A stretch of DNA of 51,839 bases from Octopus bimaculoides (taxonomy: Eukaryota), in contig NC_068997.1 in the NCBI RefSeq assembly GCF_001194135.2, forward strand, positions 13,425,598 through 13,477,436. The letters are read 5' to 3'. Each line of letters begins with the position of its first letter. Position 1 is the stretch's first letter. A program made the position numbers and the translations under genes. The notes below the pieces were generated by a model. It was not told the origin of the DNA and did no database searches. It worked only from the letters and a program-made list of their open reading frames with translations. This document shows positions 50,405 to 51,839 of the stretch, piece by piece.

Positions 50405-50900
50405 CTAAAAGAACAACGACAATAATAACAACAGTAGCAGTAATGTGTCCAGCTCAGCCACATCACTATCATCGACGGCAACAACAGCGTCACCGCATAT
50501 ATTATCAACGCTACGAACACTAGCAACGATTCCAGCGCTACTAGCGACAGCGATAATAATATGGCTTCTACAACCAACAAAAATACAGCAACAACGACGA
50601 ACCTAAAACGCTACAGTTCGAACTACGCACAACAGGAGCGTTAATAAAAGCAACAGTAATAATATGAACAAGAATAGCAGCAATATGTGCCGCAAAACCA
50701 ACACTAGCTCCACTAGCAATAATCCGACCGCACAAACAAGGGCAGAAGCAAGAATAATGACGAAACAAGATCAACTTAAAAACAGCCATGACAACAATAA
50801 GAAGACCAATTACAAGAACTACCAGAATGAAGACAATAACAAGAAGGAGAAGAAGAAGAACAACAACAACAGCAAAAACAGGATGAATAGCGTTAATGAA
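50405..50900. repeat. Degenerate CAA/CAG/GAA-rich cryptic trinucleotide region
   Basis: Direct reading; explains the N/K/T-rich ORF 50664-50921. Confidence 0.75.
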
Positions 50901-51454
50901 TATAACAATTACCGCCTGTAACAATTTTAGTTTTCTATCTTTAGGTGCCAATGGAGATAGTGTACAAGATTGGTCAATTATTATAGAGGAAACACCAAAC
51001 TTATATGTACCAACACCGAACCTACGAAATATATGAAATTATTAACGGCCAACATATTAGAAGATTTGCTTGTATAAATCAATTTCATATCTGCAACAAT
51101 TACGTAGACATGATGTCAATACGCTTTTAGTGCTGGACAAATAAGCAAAAGCTTAAACCAAATTTGTCTCTGAGTAATGCCTAACCTACACTTAGGAGAA
51201 TGAAATGGTAAACAAATGAAGTAGAACATATTAGTGATGGAGCTGGTGACAGAAAACAGAGTACACATCACACACACACGCACACGCGCACACACACACA
51301 CACATGCACAAACACACGCGCAAATACACACACAAACGCACAAACACATACACATATATACATATCAGTCGATGCGACTGAACGTGAAATGTATTCCATA
51401 TATGCATCTGTATGTACGTATGTATGTATGTATGTATGTATGCATTAATGCATG

Positions 51455-51486
<32 letters not shown>

Positions 51487-51839
51487 CTCGTGTATGTATA
51501 TATGTCTGTATGTATACACATATATATATATGTCTCGCTCTATATATACATATATATATATCTATATACACATACATATATGTGTGATTATATGAAAGTA
51601 TGAATAGATGTTTGGACGTATTAAACAATCTATTTGTACGTCTATTCATCAGCGTTATCTACGTAATTACTCATATATAAACCCACAAAAAAAACCCACT
51701 TGAGAAGGAAAGCTAAGCATGCGCACAAACTCTCCCTTGTTCACAGGTAATGTGTGTAATATGACTAAGTGTATTTGAGTGTATGTATGTAAGTATATAC
51801 GTATATATGCACACATGAATATACCTATATATATATATA

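Overview
AT-rich, microsatellite-saturated eukaryotic DNA with about a dozen long N gaps and several ~10-N gaps. The SINE families and repeat landscape point to an octopus/coleoid cephalopod genome (inference from recalled repeats; no search run). No complete or identifiable protein-coding gene is present. Most ORF-track entries are translated microsatellites or run through gaps; two short ones fall inside retrotransposon relics. Supported content: (i) about 23 copies or fragments of four tRNA-derived SINE families, called A-D here; (ii) five 5'-truncated relics of R4/Dong-type non-LTR retrotransposons with a restriction-like endonuclease (RLE), three of them stacked head-to-tail between trinucleotide tracts; (iii) one near-intact and one decayed hammerhead-ribozyme (HHR) motif, probably Penelope-like termini; (iv) a 100%-identical 129-bp inverted repeat around a 1,379-bp spacer; (v) a SINE-RLE junction with a direct-inverted-direct micro-triplication; (vi) a composite ~150-bp purine minisatellite; (vii) several short plus-strand exon candidates that may belong to a large unidentified host gene. 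I find no convincing wholly new biological system. The best leads are the inverted repeat, the HHR at 48.4 kb, the RLE stack and the SINE-RLE chimera.
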